Positions 16,701 through 24,812 of a stretch of DNA of 42,005 bases are shown piece after piece. The notes under the pieces were generated by a model. That model made no database searches. It was not told the DNA's origin and saw only the letters and a list, made by a program, of their open reading frames with translations. The translations under genes were made by a program, and so were the position numbers. Origin of the DNA: a virus (Duplodnaviria; Caudoviricetes); IMG/VR virus record IMGVR_UViG_3300037478_000272, positions 1-42,005 of that record. One strand, given 5' to 3'. Each line of letters begins with the position of its first letter. Positions within the stretch are counted from its first letter, which is position 1.

Positions 16701-18157
16701 GCGGTCGACGACCACCGCGGCGACAGCATGTTGGCGCCGGGGATGATCCTCACCACGCCGCCATCACCGCATTCGAGCCCGATGTCGGTCGCCCGGAGGT
16801 CCGCGATCTCCCCACCGGCGCGGGCGATCGTGGCGAATGGGCTCGCGGCGGCGGTGGCCGCGGTCGTCGACGACACACCTGTCGTGTTGCTGCCGTTCGC
16901 CGTCGGCGTCGTGGTCGGGGTGAATGATCCGGCCGCGCCGCTCCAGATGTTCGAGTTGTCCGGCGACCCGGCCACCTCGGAGACCACCACGGTCGTCGAT
17001 CCGTTGTCGCTCACGACGTAGGCGGTGGCACTGGTCGTCGCCTGGGTGAGTTGCTCGCCGGACGTGAGCGTTCCGGTGATCGAACCGTCCGTCGTGATGT
17101 CGCTCGTGAGATCGACGTAGGCGTAATAGACGTCCGTGAACGAGTCGGCGCTACCGGCCATGTAGCCGCGGGCGACCGTGTAGTTGGCGCCGTCGTCCTC
17201 GCCCACGCCTGATGGGCTGCCGTCGCCGATCACCGTGGACCCGTCGATCCAGAGGATGCGGGCGTACATCTCGAACCAGCCGTTGTCACTGGCCGATGAG
17301 CCGCCGCCGGTGTCGGGGATGGCGGTCGAGTCGAGATCCAGCTCCCAGACGATGTCCGTGTACCTGCCGCCACCATCGGTGTCTATTGCCCCGGATGGAC
17401 CGGCGAGATCCGTGGCCGATCCGTAGGCCCCGAACGTAAAGCGGTTGCCGCTCGGTTCCCACGGCGCTACGTCCGAGACCCGTGTGGCGTTCATCCAGCC
17501 GGTGTCGTCGGTGGGGTTTGTGATCTCGTCGCCACCTGCGACAATCTTGAACTGCACCTGGATGTCGTCCGCGGAGTCATCGGCCAGGGCGTCGATGTGG
17601 TCGCACAGCGCCCGGACGGTGAAGGTTTCGTTGTCGACCATCGGCCCGCCGCCAGGCGTCAGCGGTGAGCGCGTTCCGTCGCTGGTTTCCAGGTGCAACC
17701 AGCGGAATACGGCGTCTGGGCGATCCGTGGTCGAGTTGTTCGTGACGGCGTTGGCGAGATCCTCCGCGCTCGACTCATCGTCATCGCTGAACGCGCCGGC
17801 GGCGAAGTCGATCTCAATGGCGCCCGAGTCGGAGTGCAGCCATCCTGGCACATGGATCGTGTACACGACATCGGCGCCGGCAGGAGTGCCCACATCGACC
17901 GCCGCCGCCGTCATGGTCTGGACGTGCCCAGCGCCCGAATCACGCCTGATCGTGATCTTCGAGGCGTCGGCCGTCTCGCTGGCGGGTCCAGTTCCGAACG
18001 TCACAGTCACGTCGATCTTGGTGCCGCTCGTGTCCGTGGCAGGTGTGCCGATGGTGATCGCCATCGCCCGCGCCGTCACCGCCCCGGCATACCACGCCGG
18101 ATCGAGCGGCGCCGCGCACGCCACCACCACCGCCAACAGCCCGACGATCCATCTCAT
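13757..18157 (-). CDS. Large acidic beta-rich protein (tailspike/adhesin or depolymerase-like) with a signal-peptide-like N-terminus
   Basis: 1466 aa, Thr/Asp/Gly/Ser-rich. SPFATIARA precedes a putative beta-helix region. N-terminus MRWIVGLLAVVVAC, basic Gly/Arg C-terminal tail, GGAGG RBS. Confidence 0.6.
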   Translation of the reverse strand: MRWIVGLLAVVVACAAPLDPAWYAGAVTARAMAITIGTPATDTSGTKIDVTVTFGTGPASETADASKITIRRDSGAGHVQTMTAAAVDVGTPAGADVVYTIHVPGWLHSDSGAIEIDFAAGAFSDDDESSAEDLANAVTNNSTTDRPDAVFRWLHLETSDGTRSPLTPGGGPMVDNETFTVRALCDHIDALADDSADDIQVQFKIVAGGDEITNPTDDTGWMNATRVSDVAPWEPSGNRFTFGAYGSATDLAGPSGAIDTDGGGRYTDIVWELDLDSTAIPDTGGGSSASDNGWFEMYARILWIDGSTVIGDGSPSGVGEDDGANYTVARGYMAGSADSFTDVYYAYVDLTSDITTDGSITGTLTSGEQLTQATTSATAYVVSDNGSTTVVVSEVAGSPDNSNIWSGAAGSFTPTTTPTANGSNTTGVSSTTAATAAASPFATIARAGGEIADLRATDIGLECGDGGVVRIIPGANMLSPRWSSTADAPSTYYSWITYELAPGYESSEHGVFRDQDGQSARASLARFVGIDVDCTSVGVIVQGSTFCVTFDYAGLTTTTSAGRLWMDDFQAYADDATTNNSWIDTEWSNRCYFTRYWFHDFYSMSGTRNPLYLVDGVMSDISGDATFEGAVVLNRRLVNVGAALAIATGGDGVWDETAKTITDTDFADSAFDPTVDATAIFIPTAGTNYDSSLTFGTAPSVTARSGNELTLDDTIVTDASNHSDMDGILLFAVHSDTWQFASLTYTNVIRAHDDCSGRSATIGGKAWQGSTTTVDGWLDVCNRYGGSQYTSWNVSGGDHRLVIMATHDPFRISGSNENWDIGAATNVMVRQSMIRESSAPTSGSGHASYSTVNFRQGTEYGPNSSQTAPAWTEENETSEDFDPTSSTPTFAGTSRLVRDLYGETDTDSHLGAVFNDDVGGIVFSATACYAQVCLAMPLYADELGASDLHEIWMQVRRSATGAFAGEETLIIETPTRVATTDYLLTTGQINVTIPPLDAEGNAGFTEVANDLQPIVGDNYYDYLWVRYEDGTIVASGDPATPVSVNFAGTPGVAFADDYEPIEFLSRFGVMGGPGIHQDTAQAFTHAGLLATQITLGPTGHAQQIITLGNSFPEMTAYVDKPFGQWPLYVDDGVSAGTTGTIDTTFLKQTVGQGTADTTFSHGAHRRFNEIVQLGIDLGEQAVQDMGLDYTAAWSAVTDRGRPLIFYGGPPLFQHDTRDQTSLEASMAPALDTDSYAAWDSSAPAQLVYVETQQSDSVKVAADYMTSNYPGVTFFVEAGLNNAANATVLDAYPQAGTVQAFNVLFDDTSGYDGTFGSLVIDTGNIDPADYPERVHIVLIASNTCSTVGDAATEADWAEAVTVAVENVAEFNETLYPFVGSATRLLAAITNGDMTPAQIDRINTVTGFEGEPPPGGGGLGTGTMGPGGFDKPGLLGRGRNYRGRGRVEGPLMPDRIKIVTDIARRKAA

Positions 18158-18160
18158 GAA

Positions 18161-19015
18161 TCAACCTCCGATCGCCGCCACCATCGAGTCGAGCAGTTCG
18201 TCGCTGAGCAGATTGAACGGAACAATGACGTCGTGCCCGCCCATTAGGTCACCGCCCGCTGTGTCGATCTTCCGCACGGCCGCCTTCTGGTTGCCGTGGA
18301 CCACGTACCTCTTCCCGCCGTAGTCCAGGCTCCTGCCCTGCTTGTCGTAGTAGTCCCACCGATCGGCCAGCGCCATGGTGTCGGCCGTGCCATCGAACGG
18401 GATCGGGGGCGAGGTGGCCCGCCATCCAGGCTCGAAGATGACGTTCACCCCCTTGGTGCGTCCATCCTTGTGGGCGGCGTCGTTCGCACGCGGGTTGCCG
18501 TCGGCGTTCACCTCGCGCTCGCCGCCCGTGTCCAGGCTCACGTCGAAGTTGGCGGCGGCGCACACATCGTTCGACGCCACGTCCTCGGCGATGGTCTGGC
18601 CGGCGCCGATATGGACGATGCCGCGCGCGATCCCGAACCGCGCCCGCATGAAGTGCCCGAACGCGCGAAGAAGCCACAAGTCGCCTTCCATCGACAGCGG
18701 ATACCCGCCGGTGAGCACATCCTCGGGTCCGTTCTTGCCCGTGACCGTCCCGCACACGATCCGGTCCTGGAGCGTCGGCGTGATGCCGTTCGGGCATCGG
18801 AGCCAGTAGCAGCTTGCCTGGAACCCGAGCGCACATGCCCGCGTGAACGCCACGCACGCGGCATGGGTCGCGTCGAACATCCGATCGAATCTGGAGTTGA
18901 CGTAGTCGATGTGAACGCCGCGATTCGAGTCGTCGTAGCGCTCGTTCGGATTGGAGGCGTCGCGGTCGAGTCCGCGCATGGCGACCTCGAAGCTGGGGAT
19001 GATGCGTGGTTTCAC
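18161..19015 (-). CDS. Hypothetical protein
   Basis: 284-aa ORF, translationally coupled to the upstream gene, phage-like codon usage. Confidence 0.65.
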   Translation of the reverse strand: MKPRIIPSFEVAMRGLDRDASNPNERYDDSNRGVHIDYVNSRFDRMFDATHAACVAFTRACALGFQASCYWLRCPNGITPTLQDRIVCGTVTGKNGPEDVLTGGYPLSMEGDLWLLRAFGHFMRARFGIARGIVHIGAGQTIAEDVASNDVCAAANFDVSLDTGGEREVNADGNPRANDAAHKDGRTKGVNVIFEPGWRATSPPIPFDGTADTMALADRWDYYDKQGRSLDYGGKRYVVHGNQKAAVRKIDTAGGDLMGGHDVIVPFNLLSDELLDSMVAAIGG

Positions 19016-19329
19016 GGGAAGTCCTTTCCGAGCCGGTCGCGTTCCTTGAGTCGTTCGAGGTACTTCTCCACTTCATCGAGTCGGCGGTCGCACATAGCGT
19101 CGGCAACCAACAGATTGTCGTTTATGATGTCCTGCCGCTTCTGCGCCAGTGTGGCGTCCGATTTCGGCCACCGCTCGGCGTTGGCAGTTGTCACATCTTC
19201 GCGGAGCAGTTCAAGCTCGCGGCGCATCACCTTGAAATCCGACCTCATTTCAAGGCCACCGAGAATACCAGCCGCGATCAATGCCGCGAGTATGCCAAGT
19301 AGCCAGTTCGTGAGCTTGCCTGATGCCAC
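19012..19329 (-). CDS. Single-TM coiled-coil membrane protein (lysis-associated?)
   Basis: Probable GTG start at 19329. One TM segment (WLLGILAALIAAGILGGL) followed by a coiled coil. Confidence 0.55.
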   Translation of the reverse strand: MASGKLTNWLLGILAALIAAGILGGLEMRSDFKVMRRELELLREDVTTANAERWPKSDATLAQKRQDIINDNLLVADAMCDRRLDEVEKYLERLKERDRLGKDFP

Positions 19330-19330
19330 T

Positions 19331-19684
19331 TCAGACTTCCACACATTCCTCGACGGCGGCGCAGTATTTGTCGTTACACCCATCCGGACCCCAGACGCAA
19401 TCATGGGCATCCGCAGCCGACAGGCAGTCGAGGTAGCACATGAGCATCCGATAGCCCGCCTTGATGACGCAATCGTGTTGTGGGTTGTCGTCGGGCGTGT
19501 CCTTGAGGTCGGGAACCTCCGGGTTGGTCGCGGCGCCGTTGCTGAATCCAGACCAGCTTGGCGATGTCAACCCGGCCTCGGCCGCGAGCGTCATGGCCCG
19601 CGCCGCCACGTCGCCCTTGCGGTCGCAACCTGATGCGCTCAGCAGCGAGTGAAGATCATTGGCGAGTTCCTGAATCGTCGGCAT
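19331..19684 (-). CDS. Hypothetical Cys-rich protein
   Basis: ATG at 19684 (MPTIQELAND...), 117 aa, with seven Cys in the C-terminal ~45 aa. Confidence 0.55.
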   Translation of the reverse strand: MPTIQELANDLHSLLSASGCDRKGDVAARAMTLAAEAGLTSPSWSGFSNGAATNPEVPDLKDTPDDNPQHDCVIKAGYRMLMCYLDCLSAADAHDCVWGPDGCNDKYCAAVEECVEV

Positions 19685-19685
19685 C

Positions 19686-20174
19686 TCAGGGTCCTTTGTT
19701 CTGGTGATCGAATCCGGCACGAAGCTCCGCCATCCATTCGCGTAGTTCACGCTGCCGGGCGTCGGATGCGTCCTGATTCTGTTTGACCAAATCCACCCGC
19801 GATGTCAGCACTTCGGCCATCGTGCGGATCTCGTTCTGAAGCCTGCGATCCAGCGCCACGCGCTCGGAGTTGCCCGTCTCATCGAGCAGCCGCATTTCGC
19901 GCTGGAGCGTTACGTCGAGGCTGGCGATCGCGGTCCGAGCGTCGGTGATCTTCTGGTCGGTCTGGCCCCGGTGGTAGGCGTTGGCCTCGGCCCGTGTCAC
20001 CTCCCGCTCCTGGATTGCCAGGATGGTCCCCTGGATGCGGTCCTGCTCGCGGCCGTAGATCGCGTAGACGAATCCGAGCAGCGTGAGCCCGAGCCCGACG
20101 AACCCCACCATGCCACCGCACGCGAATGCGAGGTTCTGCCATGTAATCACGCCGTTAGGACGCTCGCCGTTCAC
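19686..20174 (-). CDS. Single-TM coiled-coil protein (i-spanin/holin-associated-like)
   Basis: N-terminal TM segment (GMVGFVGLGLTLLGFVYAIY) followed by a long heptad coiled coil. Confidence 0.55.
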   Translation of the reverse strand: MNGERPNGVITWQNLAFACGGMVGFVGLGLTLLGFVYAIYGREQDRIQGTILAIQEREVTRAEANAYHRGQTDQKITDARTAIASLDVTLQREMRLLDETGNSERVALDRRLQNEIRTMAEVLTSRVDLVKQNQDASDARQRELREWMAELRAGFDHQNKGP

Positions 20175-20353
20175 GGCTCGTTACTCGCGCCCATCTTCGC
20201 GCCCATGCGCCCGCCGGCCCAGCCGCTCGCTGCGCCCACGATGACGGTCAGGGTCGCGTCGCCGAGTTCGATCTTGAACCAGTCGGCCGCGAACAGCATC
20301 GCCATCGCCACCACCAGCAGCCAGAACTCGCTGGACTTGACGCCCGCCTTCAC
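20171..20353 (-). CDS. Putative holin (2 TM)
   Basis: 60 aa. K-x-G-x-K-S-S-E-F-W start, as in small phage holin-like proteins, then two hydrophobic segments. Confidence 0.55.
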   Translation of the reverse strand: MKAGVKSSEFWLLVVAMAMLFAADWFKIELGDATLTVIVGAASGWAGGRMGAKMGASNEP

Positions 20354-20547
20354 GAGCCGTCTCCCGCCTGGCGCTCCTCGGCCTCTCGGCGCGCGATGGC
20401 CTCGTCGAGTCGCTTATCAGCGCTCAGCATCGGCGCTAGGATCGACTTCGTCTCGTCGTGGGTCGCGGAGTCGCGGCCCTCTTCGTTCATGGTCTTGAGG
20501 AGCGCCGACAGGGCAGCCAGCGAGATGATGATGTCAGTTCTGTTCAT
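20350..20547 (-). CDS. Hypothetical small protein
   Basis: 65-aa ORF overlapping both neighbours, GGAGG upstream. Confidence 0.55.
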   Translation of the reverse strand: MNRTDIIISLAALSALLKTMNEEGRDSATHDETKSILAPMLSADKRLDEAIARREAEERQAGDGS

Positions 20548-20860
20548 GCAGCGCCTCCAGCTTCATCTGAATGACCCGGTCGATGGCGGTGTTGAGCGCG
20601 GCCTGGAACTTGAACTCCTGGCCGGACGCGATCGACGCGGCCCACGCTTCGAGCAGCGCCGACACGACCTTCCCGGCGTCGCGGATGTTCCGGGCTTCGT
20701 CCAGGCCCATCCGGTGCTCCTCGACGGCCAGCGCCACTGAGTTGAGCACCGACGTGTGCACGATGACCGCCGACTCGAACTGCTGGACCTCCGACACCTG
20801 CGAGCAGCCCGCCACGCACACGATGGCGGTCGCCGCCCCGATAGCCGTGAGTGTTCTCAT
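20534..20860 (-). CDS. Putative lipoprotein (o-spanin-like)
   Basis: GGAGG RBS then MRTLTAIGAATAIVCVAG-C, a type II signal peptide with lipobox VAGC. Confidence 0.65.
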   Translation of the reverse strand: MRTLTAIGAATAIVCVAGCSQVSEVQQFESAVIVHTSVLNSVALAVEEHRMGLDEARNIRDAGKVVSALLEAWAASIASGQEFKFQAALNTAIDRVIQMKLEALHEQN

Positions 20861-20870
20861 GTGGACCTCC

Positions 20871-20906
20871 AATAAAACGCCCCGCCCAAACGAGCCGGGC
20901 GGGGCG
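20871..20906 (-). terminator. Rho-independent terminator after the capsid genes (T-phi-like position)
   Basis: Minus strand: CGCCCCGCCC-ggctcgttt-GGGCGGGGCG-TTTTATT, a 10-bp stem plus U tract. Confidence 0.8.
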
Positions 20907-20917
20907 CGGTGGAAAGC

Positions 20918-21694
20918 TCAAATCTCGACGAGCGCGCGGTACCAGTCGACGTCGAGGATCGGATCGTTGGTGCCTTCGGAGAGGCAGGCGAAGCTCACGG
21001 CCATCTCGGTCGTGGGCAGGTCGGTGATCACCAGATCGTCGCCGACCTTGACGCCGTTGACGTAGCCGCGGAGCACGTCGGCGCCGTCCGAGTTCTGCGT
21101 GATCTTGAAGCCGAGCCGGACGAAGGTGGCCTCCACGAGCAGCGTGTCGCAGTCGGCGTTCTTCTCCTCGGACCCGGCGGTGGAGTTGAGTTCGAGCTGG
21201 ATCGTACTGGCGGTAGCGGCCTGCTGGGTGGCATCGAGCACCCACCCGACGTAGTTCGTCGCGCTGACTTCCCCAGACGCGAAGATCGTCGTATCGAGGA
21301 TCGAGAATCCGATCAGAATCTGCGCCTTGTCGATCGTGTCGGTCAGCCGGACACGGGCCTCGAAGTAGGCACGCTTGCCCGCCGTCAGCTTGATCGTCTC
21401 GGTACTGTGCTGGACCTGCACGCCCTGGTCGGCCGTGGCCGACGCGGCGTCAAGCTGGAGCAGTCCGCCGGCGCCGTCGATCACGTCGGCCGTGCCCTGG
21501 GTCGCCTGCGTGACGGTCCATTCGTCGTCCGCGTCGAACTTGGTGAAGTCGTTGAACTCGTGGTAGGCGATCGTCGGATCGAAGAACGAGCCGAGCATCT
21601 CTTCACAGTCTCGCCAGAGTTCGCTGGACTTATCGGTCCCGCCCAGCGTCTGGGTGGATGCGTGGCCATGGAGACCCTGCATTGGTGCGGTCAT
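20918..21694 (-). CDS. Putative capsid decoration / minor structural protein
   Basis: 258 aa, beta-rich (lectin/ConA-like pattern), directly after the major capsid gene and before the terminator. Confidence 0.55.
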   Translation of the reverse strand: MTAPMQGLHGHASTQTLGGTDKSSELWRDCEEMLGSFFDPTIAYHEFNDFTKFDADDEWTVTQATQGTADVIDGAGGLLQLDAASATADQGVQVQHSTETIKLTAGKRAYFEARVRLTDTIDKAQILIGFSILDTTIFASGEVSATNYVGWVLDATQQAATASTIQLELNSTAGSEEKNADCDTLLVEATFVRLGFKITQNSDGADVLRGYVNGVKVGDDLVITDLPTTEMAVSFACLSEGTNDPILDVDWYRALVEI

Positions 21695-21730
21695 GGGAAA
21701 CCTCGTCTTGGTGGTTGTGGTGGAATGAAT

Positions 21731-21761
21731 GGGCGGGGCCGCAGGGACGCCGACCCCGCCC
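21731..21761 (-). terminator. GC-rich hairpin after the major capsid gene (weak terminator or stabiliser)
   Basis: GGGCGGGG...CCCCGCCC inverted repeat, followed on the minus strand by only ATTCATT. Confidence 0.4.
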
Positions 21762-21778
21762 CCTACACAGGAGCAGGA

Positions 21779-22828
21779 TCAGGCGGCGTCGACGCGGATC
21801 TCGCCGGCGCAGTACGGGCTGAGCTTGCCGATCCCCATCGTGATGCCCGCCTTCATGAACATCACTTCGCGGCGCTCGTCGACCTCGGCGAAGGTGATCA
21901 GGCCCGTGCCGTCGACCATGCCGATGCCGGCCTCGCCTTCCTGGGCGCCGCACAGTGCGACCGCGGCGGGCTGCCCCACCGCGCCGGCGACCGAGAAGTC
22001 GCCGTGGTACTTGGCGGGGGAGCCGCCCTCGAACGTGCTCTCGTCGATGAGCGTTGACGGGAGCCGGTTCGTCTTGATGAGCCAGAACCCGGCGAGCCGT
22101 CCGAGCACGCGAGTCGCGATGTCGCCGGACAGCGCCGACAGGTCCTTGTCGAAGAGCTGCGTGTCGGCCTGGAGCGACGTGTGGATCTGCGGGCTGATGT
22201 AGAGGAACCGGCCCTCTTCGGGCACATTGTCCTCGTCAAACAGCTTCGCGAGGTCCGATGCGTCGCGCCGGAACGCCTGAGCGCCCGCGACCGTCGCCGG
22301 ATAGGCGATTGCGACCGTGTCGGCCGTGCGCTCGACCACGTTGCCGCCGTTGTGGACGGTGAAGGTGTCGCCCGAGACGGAGTTCGTCTTGGCAGCGGTG
22401 CGGGCCGAGTGGACCGCCATGATGGCGAGCTTGTCCTCGACCTGCTCCTTGACCTTGCGGACGATCTGCATCCCGAGCGGCCTCAGGGTCGACCAGTCGA
22501 CGAGCCGCTCCTGGTCGAGCGGCGGCGCCCGGTGCGAGCGGATCGGGTCGTCGATCGTGATGAGTTCCTGGTCGAACGCGAAGTTCTGACCGAGCATCTC
22601 GCTGCCGGGGATGAAGGTCTGGGCGTCCGGGCCGTCGGCGACCTGGATGAACTGGAACGACTTGCCCGCACCGACGCGCTGGTAGGCGTGGGTGTTGCCT
22701 TCGTTGTCGAAGAACTTGAGCGCGGTGTAGAACTGCGAACGAATGAACGAATCGAGCCTCATGATGAGCGCGAGGGCGCGTTCATCGGTTCCGTCGCTCA
22801 GGAAGCGCGGAGAGATTGAGTCGGCCAT
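21779..22828 (-). CDS. Major capsid protein (T7 gp10-like)
   Basis: 349 aa: DERALAL, GKSFQF, ITIDD, FDEDNVPEEGRFLYISP, LAGFWLIKTNRLP. GGAG RBS. Confidence 0.92.
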   Translation of the reverse strand: MADSISPRFLSDGTDERALALIMRLDSFIRSQFYTALKFFDNEGNTHAYQRVGAGKSFQFIQVADGPDAQTFIPGSEMLGQNFAFDQELITIDDPIRSHRAPPLDQERLVDWSTLRPLGMQIVRKVKEQVEDKLAIMAVHSARTAAKTNSVSGDTFTVHNGGNVVERTADTVAIAYPATVAGAQAFRRDASDLAKLFDEDNVPEEGRFLYISPQIHTSLQADTQLFDKDLSALSGDIATRVLGRLAGFWLIKTNRLPSTLIDESTFEGGSPAKYHGDFSVAGAVGQPAAVALCGAQEGEAGIGMVDGTGLITFAEVDERREVMFMKAGITMGIGKLSPYCAGEIRVDAA

Positions 22829-23009
22829 TTCGGGGTCTCCGTGGTGAAAGGGCTGAGCACTTCGGCCTCGCCGCGATCAGCACGAGTCGTCCGTCATGGC
22901 CGTCGGGCCGCTTGCGCGGTCGTCCGCTCGGTTACGGGCTCGTTCGATGCGAGCTTGGACTGGACGCGCACGCCGTATCTCGTAAGTCGCGCGTGCGCTG
23001 CCGGACAAA

Positions 23010-23078
23010 TAGCGGGTGCGAGAGTCGAACTCGCTGTTGCTGGATTATGAGCCCAGCGTGGGTCCACACCCACCCGCG
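23010..23078 (-). tRNA. tRNA-Met(CAT), initiator-like, reduced D-arm, CCA not encoded
   Basis: Minus strand folds as CGCGGGT GG GTG-TGGACC-CAC G CTGGG-CTCATAA-TCCAG CAACA GCGAG-TTCGACT-CTCGC ACCCGCT A. Acceptor, anticodon and T stems all pair. Confidence 0.8.
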
Positions 23079-23094
23079 TCGATTCAGTTTGGAT

Positions 23095-23125
23095 AAAAAC
23101 CCCGCGCCTCCGTAATGGCGCGGGG
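23095..23125 (-). terminator. Rho-independent terminator
   Basis: Minus strand: CCCCGCGCC-attacgga-GGCGCGGGG-TTTTT, 14 nt after the stop of 23140-23652. Confidence 0.8.
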
Positions 23126-23139
23126 CCGAGAAAGAGAGT

Positions 23140-23652
23140 TCAATCGACTGAGATCACACCGGCCTCGATGCCGCGAGCGATGAGGTCGTCCTTGCTGGCG
23201 CGGCCGTCGTGCTCAACGTCCTTGGATTCGAGGAACGCCCTGACATCGACCTTGCTCTCGAAGTCTGATGGCCTGGGTGGCGGTTGAGGCTCGCCATCCT
23301 CGGCGGTCGTGACGGTCGGCGGTTTGTTCGGAGGCGGCGCGGGCGGGGCCTTCACGTCGCCCATCTCGCCCTTGAGCCGCGCGAGCTCGGCTTGCAGTTC
23401 CTTGTTCTCGCGCGCCAGTTCGACCGGTGTTCGGGGCCGGTCCTTCGTCTCGATATGGCTCATCGCGGCGATGAACGCCTCCTCTTCGCTCGAGCCCGTG
23501 CCCTCCGCGAAGTCGCCGCCGAGAATCGAGTCGCTCAGGGTGCAAACGATGGTTCCGGGGTCGTCGCGGCCCGTCTTGCGAATCTTGAAGCGGTACGCGG
23601 CCCTGAACTCGGTGAGCCTGTTGAGGTGCGTTCGGTGTGGTTTCCACGGCAT
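23140..23652 (-). CDS. Hypothetical protein with a C-terminal HeH/LEM/Rho-N-like motif
   Basis: 170 aa. Pro-rich linker, then SKVDVRAFLESKDVEHDGRASKDDLIA. Confidence 0.6.
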   Translation of the reverse strand: MPWKPHRTHLNRLTEFRAAYRFKIRKTGRDDPGTIVCTLSDSILGGDFAEGTGSSEEEAFIAAMSHIETKDRPRTPVELARENKELQAELARLKGEMGDVKAPPAPPPNKPPTVTTAEDGEPQPPPRPSDFESKVDVRAFLESKDVEHDGRASKDDLIARGIEAGVISVD

Positions 23653-23658
23653 CCTGTG

Positions 23659-24615
23659 TTATCTCCGTCTCGCCGCGTCGGCGAGTTGCTTGGTGAGACG
23701 CTGGTACTCCGCCGAGCCCTTCTGGCCCTGTCGGTCCAGCACGTCGAGCCGGTCGCACGCCGTCTTGATGCCCTGCTCGTCGAGTCGGCCGGACGCCGGT
23801 GCGGGCTGGTCGCCTTTCACGAGCGGGGGGGCTGCGTTGGCCGCGACCGCCGCGTCGTGCGACGTCTTGAGCGCCCCGATGTAGTCCGGGTAGGTGTGCG
23901 GATTCGCCTTCACCATCTCGTTCAACGTCTTGAGCCGGGTCGGGTCCATGCCGGTGCGGGCCCAGTCGAGCAGCGCGGCCCGGCTCGCCTCGCCGCCCAC
24001 GAGCGCGTCACCGGCCGCGATGGCGCGCCGAGTCGTCTCGATCGTCTGGTTGAGCAGCGCGACCTCGCCCGCCATGATGCGATCGGCCAGCTTCTTGCCG
24101 ACCGACGCGCGCCCGAGCGCCTGATACTGCTCGGCGGTCAGCTCGCCCTTCTCGCTGAACTGCTTGAGGAGCGCGGCTTCCTGGCCAGTCAGCCCGGCCT
24201 TCTTGAGAAGGCCCTGCACGTCCTCGAACGCCTCGCCCGATGGCGTCGCGTCGGGGTCGGCGATCGGCAGTGTGGGCGCGTCGTCCTTGGGCGCCGGTGC
24301 GGGCTCGTCATCCTTCGGGGCGCCGCGAATCTGCTTCTCCAGGTCGAGCGCGTTGTTCGAGAACGCCTCGATCGTCTCCTCGGCCGTGGCGCGATGGAAC
24401 TTCTCCGGCACCCGCTTCTTCACGTCGTCGAACTGCTCGGACGTGTAGAACGACTTGGGCGCCGGCTTCGCGTCGTCCTTGGGGGCTGGCTTCGGGTCCG
24501 GTTTCGGGTCCAGCACCGGCGTGTCGGCCGGCACGAGTGCCGGGTCGGCGGTCGGGGGCGCTCCCGGCACGGCGGGCGCATCGGGTGCGAACAGTGCTCC
24601 TGTGTGGGTCGTCAT
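23659..24615 (-). CDS. Capsid assembly scaffold protein (gp9-like)
   Basis: Pro/Asp-rich N-terminus, VPEKF, GELTAEQYQAL, LVGGEASRAALLDWA. Lies between portal and capsid. Confidence 0.85.
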   Translation of the reverse strand: MTTHTGALFAPDAPAVPGAPPTADPALVPADTPVLDPKPDPKPAPKDDAKPAPKSFYTSEQFDDVKKRVPEKFHRATAEETIEAFSNNALDLEKQIRGAPKDDEPAPAPKDDAPTLPIADPDATPSGEAFEDVQGLLKKAGLTGQEAALLKQFSEKGELTAEQYQALGRASVGKKLADRIMAGEVALLNQTIETTRRAIAAGDALVGGEASRAALLDWARTGMDPTRLKTLNEMVKANPHTYPDYIGALKTSHDAAVAANAAPPLVKGDQPAPASGRLDEQGIKTACDRLDVLDRQGQKGSAEYQRLTKQLADAARRR

Positions 24616-24812
24616 CAGTCGTGCCTCGCTGTCGGGTCGGTGAAATCATCCGTGTCGGTGTTGCTGATCCTGTTCAGGATCTCGCGCAGCCCGGACATGT
24701 CCCGCTGCTCCATCTTCTCGATGAGGTCGGTCATCATGTCCGCCTTCAGGACATACACCGGGAACAGGTCGGTGTCGGTCGTATCGTGGGTGGCTCCGGC
24801 TTCTGGCATCAT
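24615..24812 (-). CDS. Hypothetical small acidic protein
   Basis: 65 aa, GAGGAG RBS, overlaps both neighbours. Confidence 0.55.
   Translation of the reverse strand: MMPEAGATHDTTDTDLFPVYVLKADMMTDLIEKMEQRDMSGLREILNRISNTDTDDFTDPTARHD

Noticed and set aside
21695-21800. T7 10A/10B-type frameshift extension of the capsid protein
   Set aside because: No slippery sequence is evident near the capsid stop, and the next gene has its own RBS and start.
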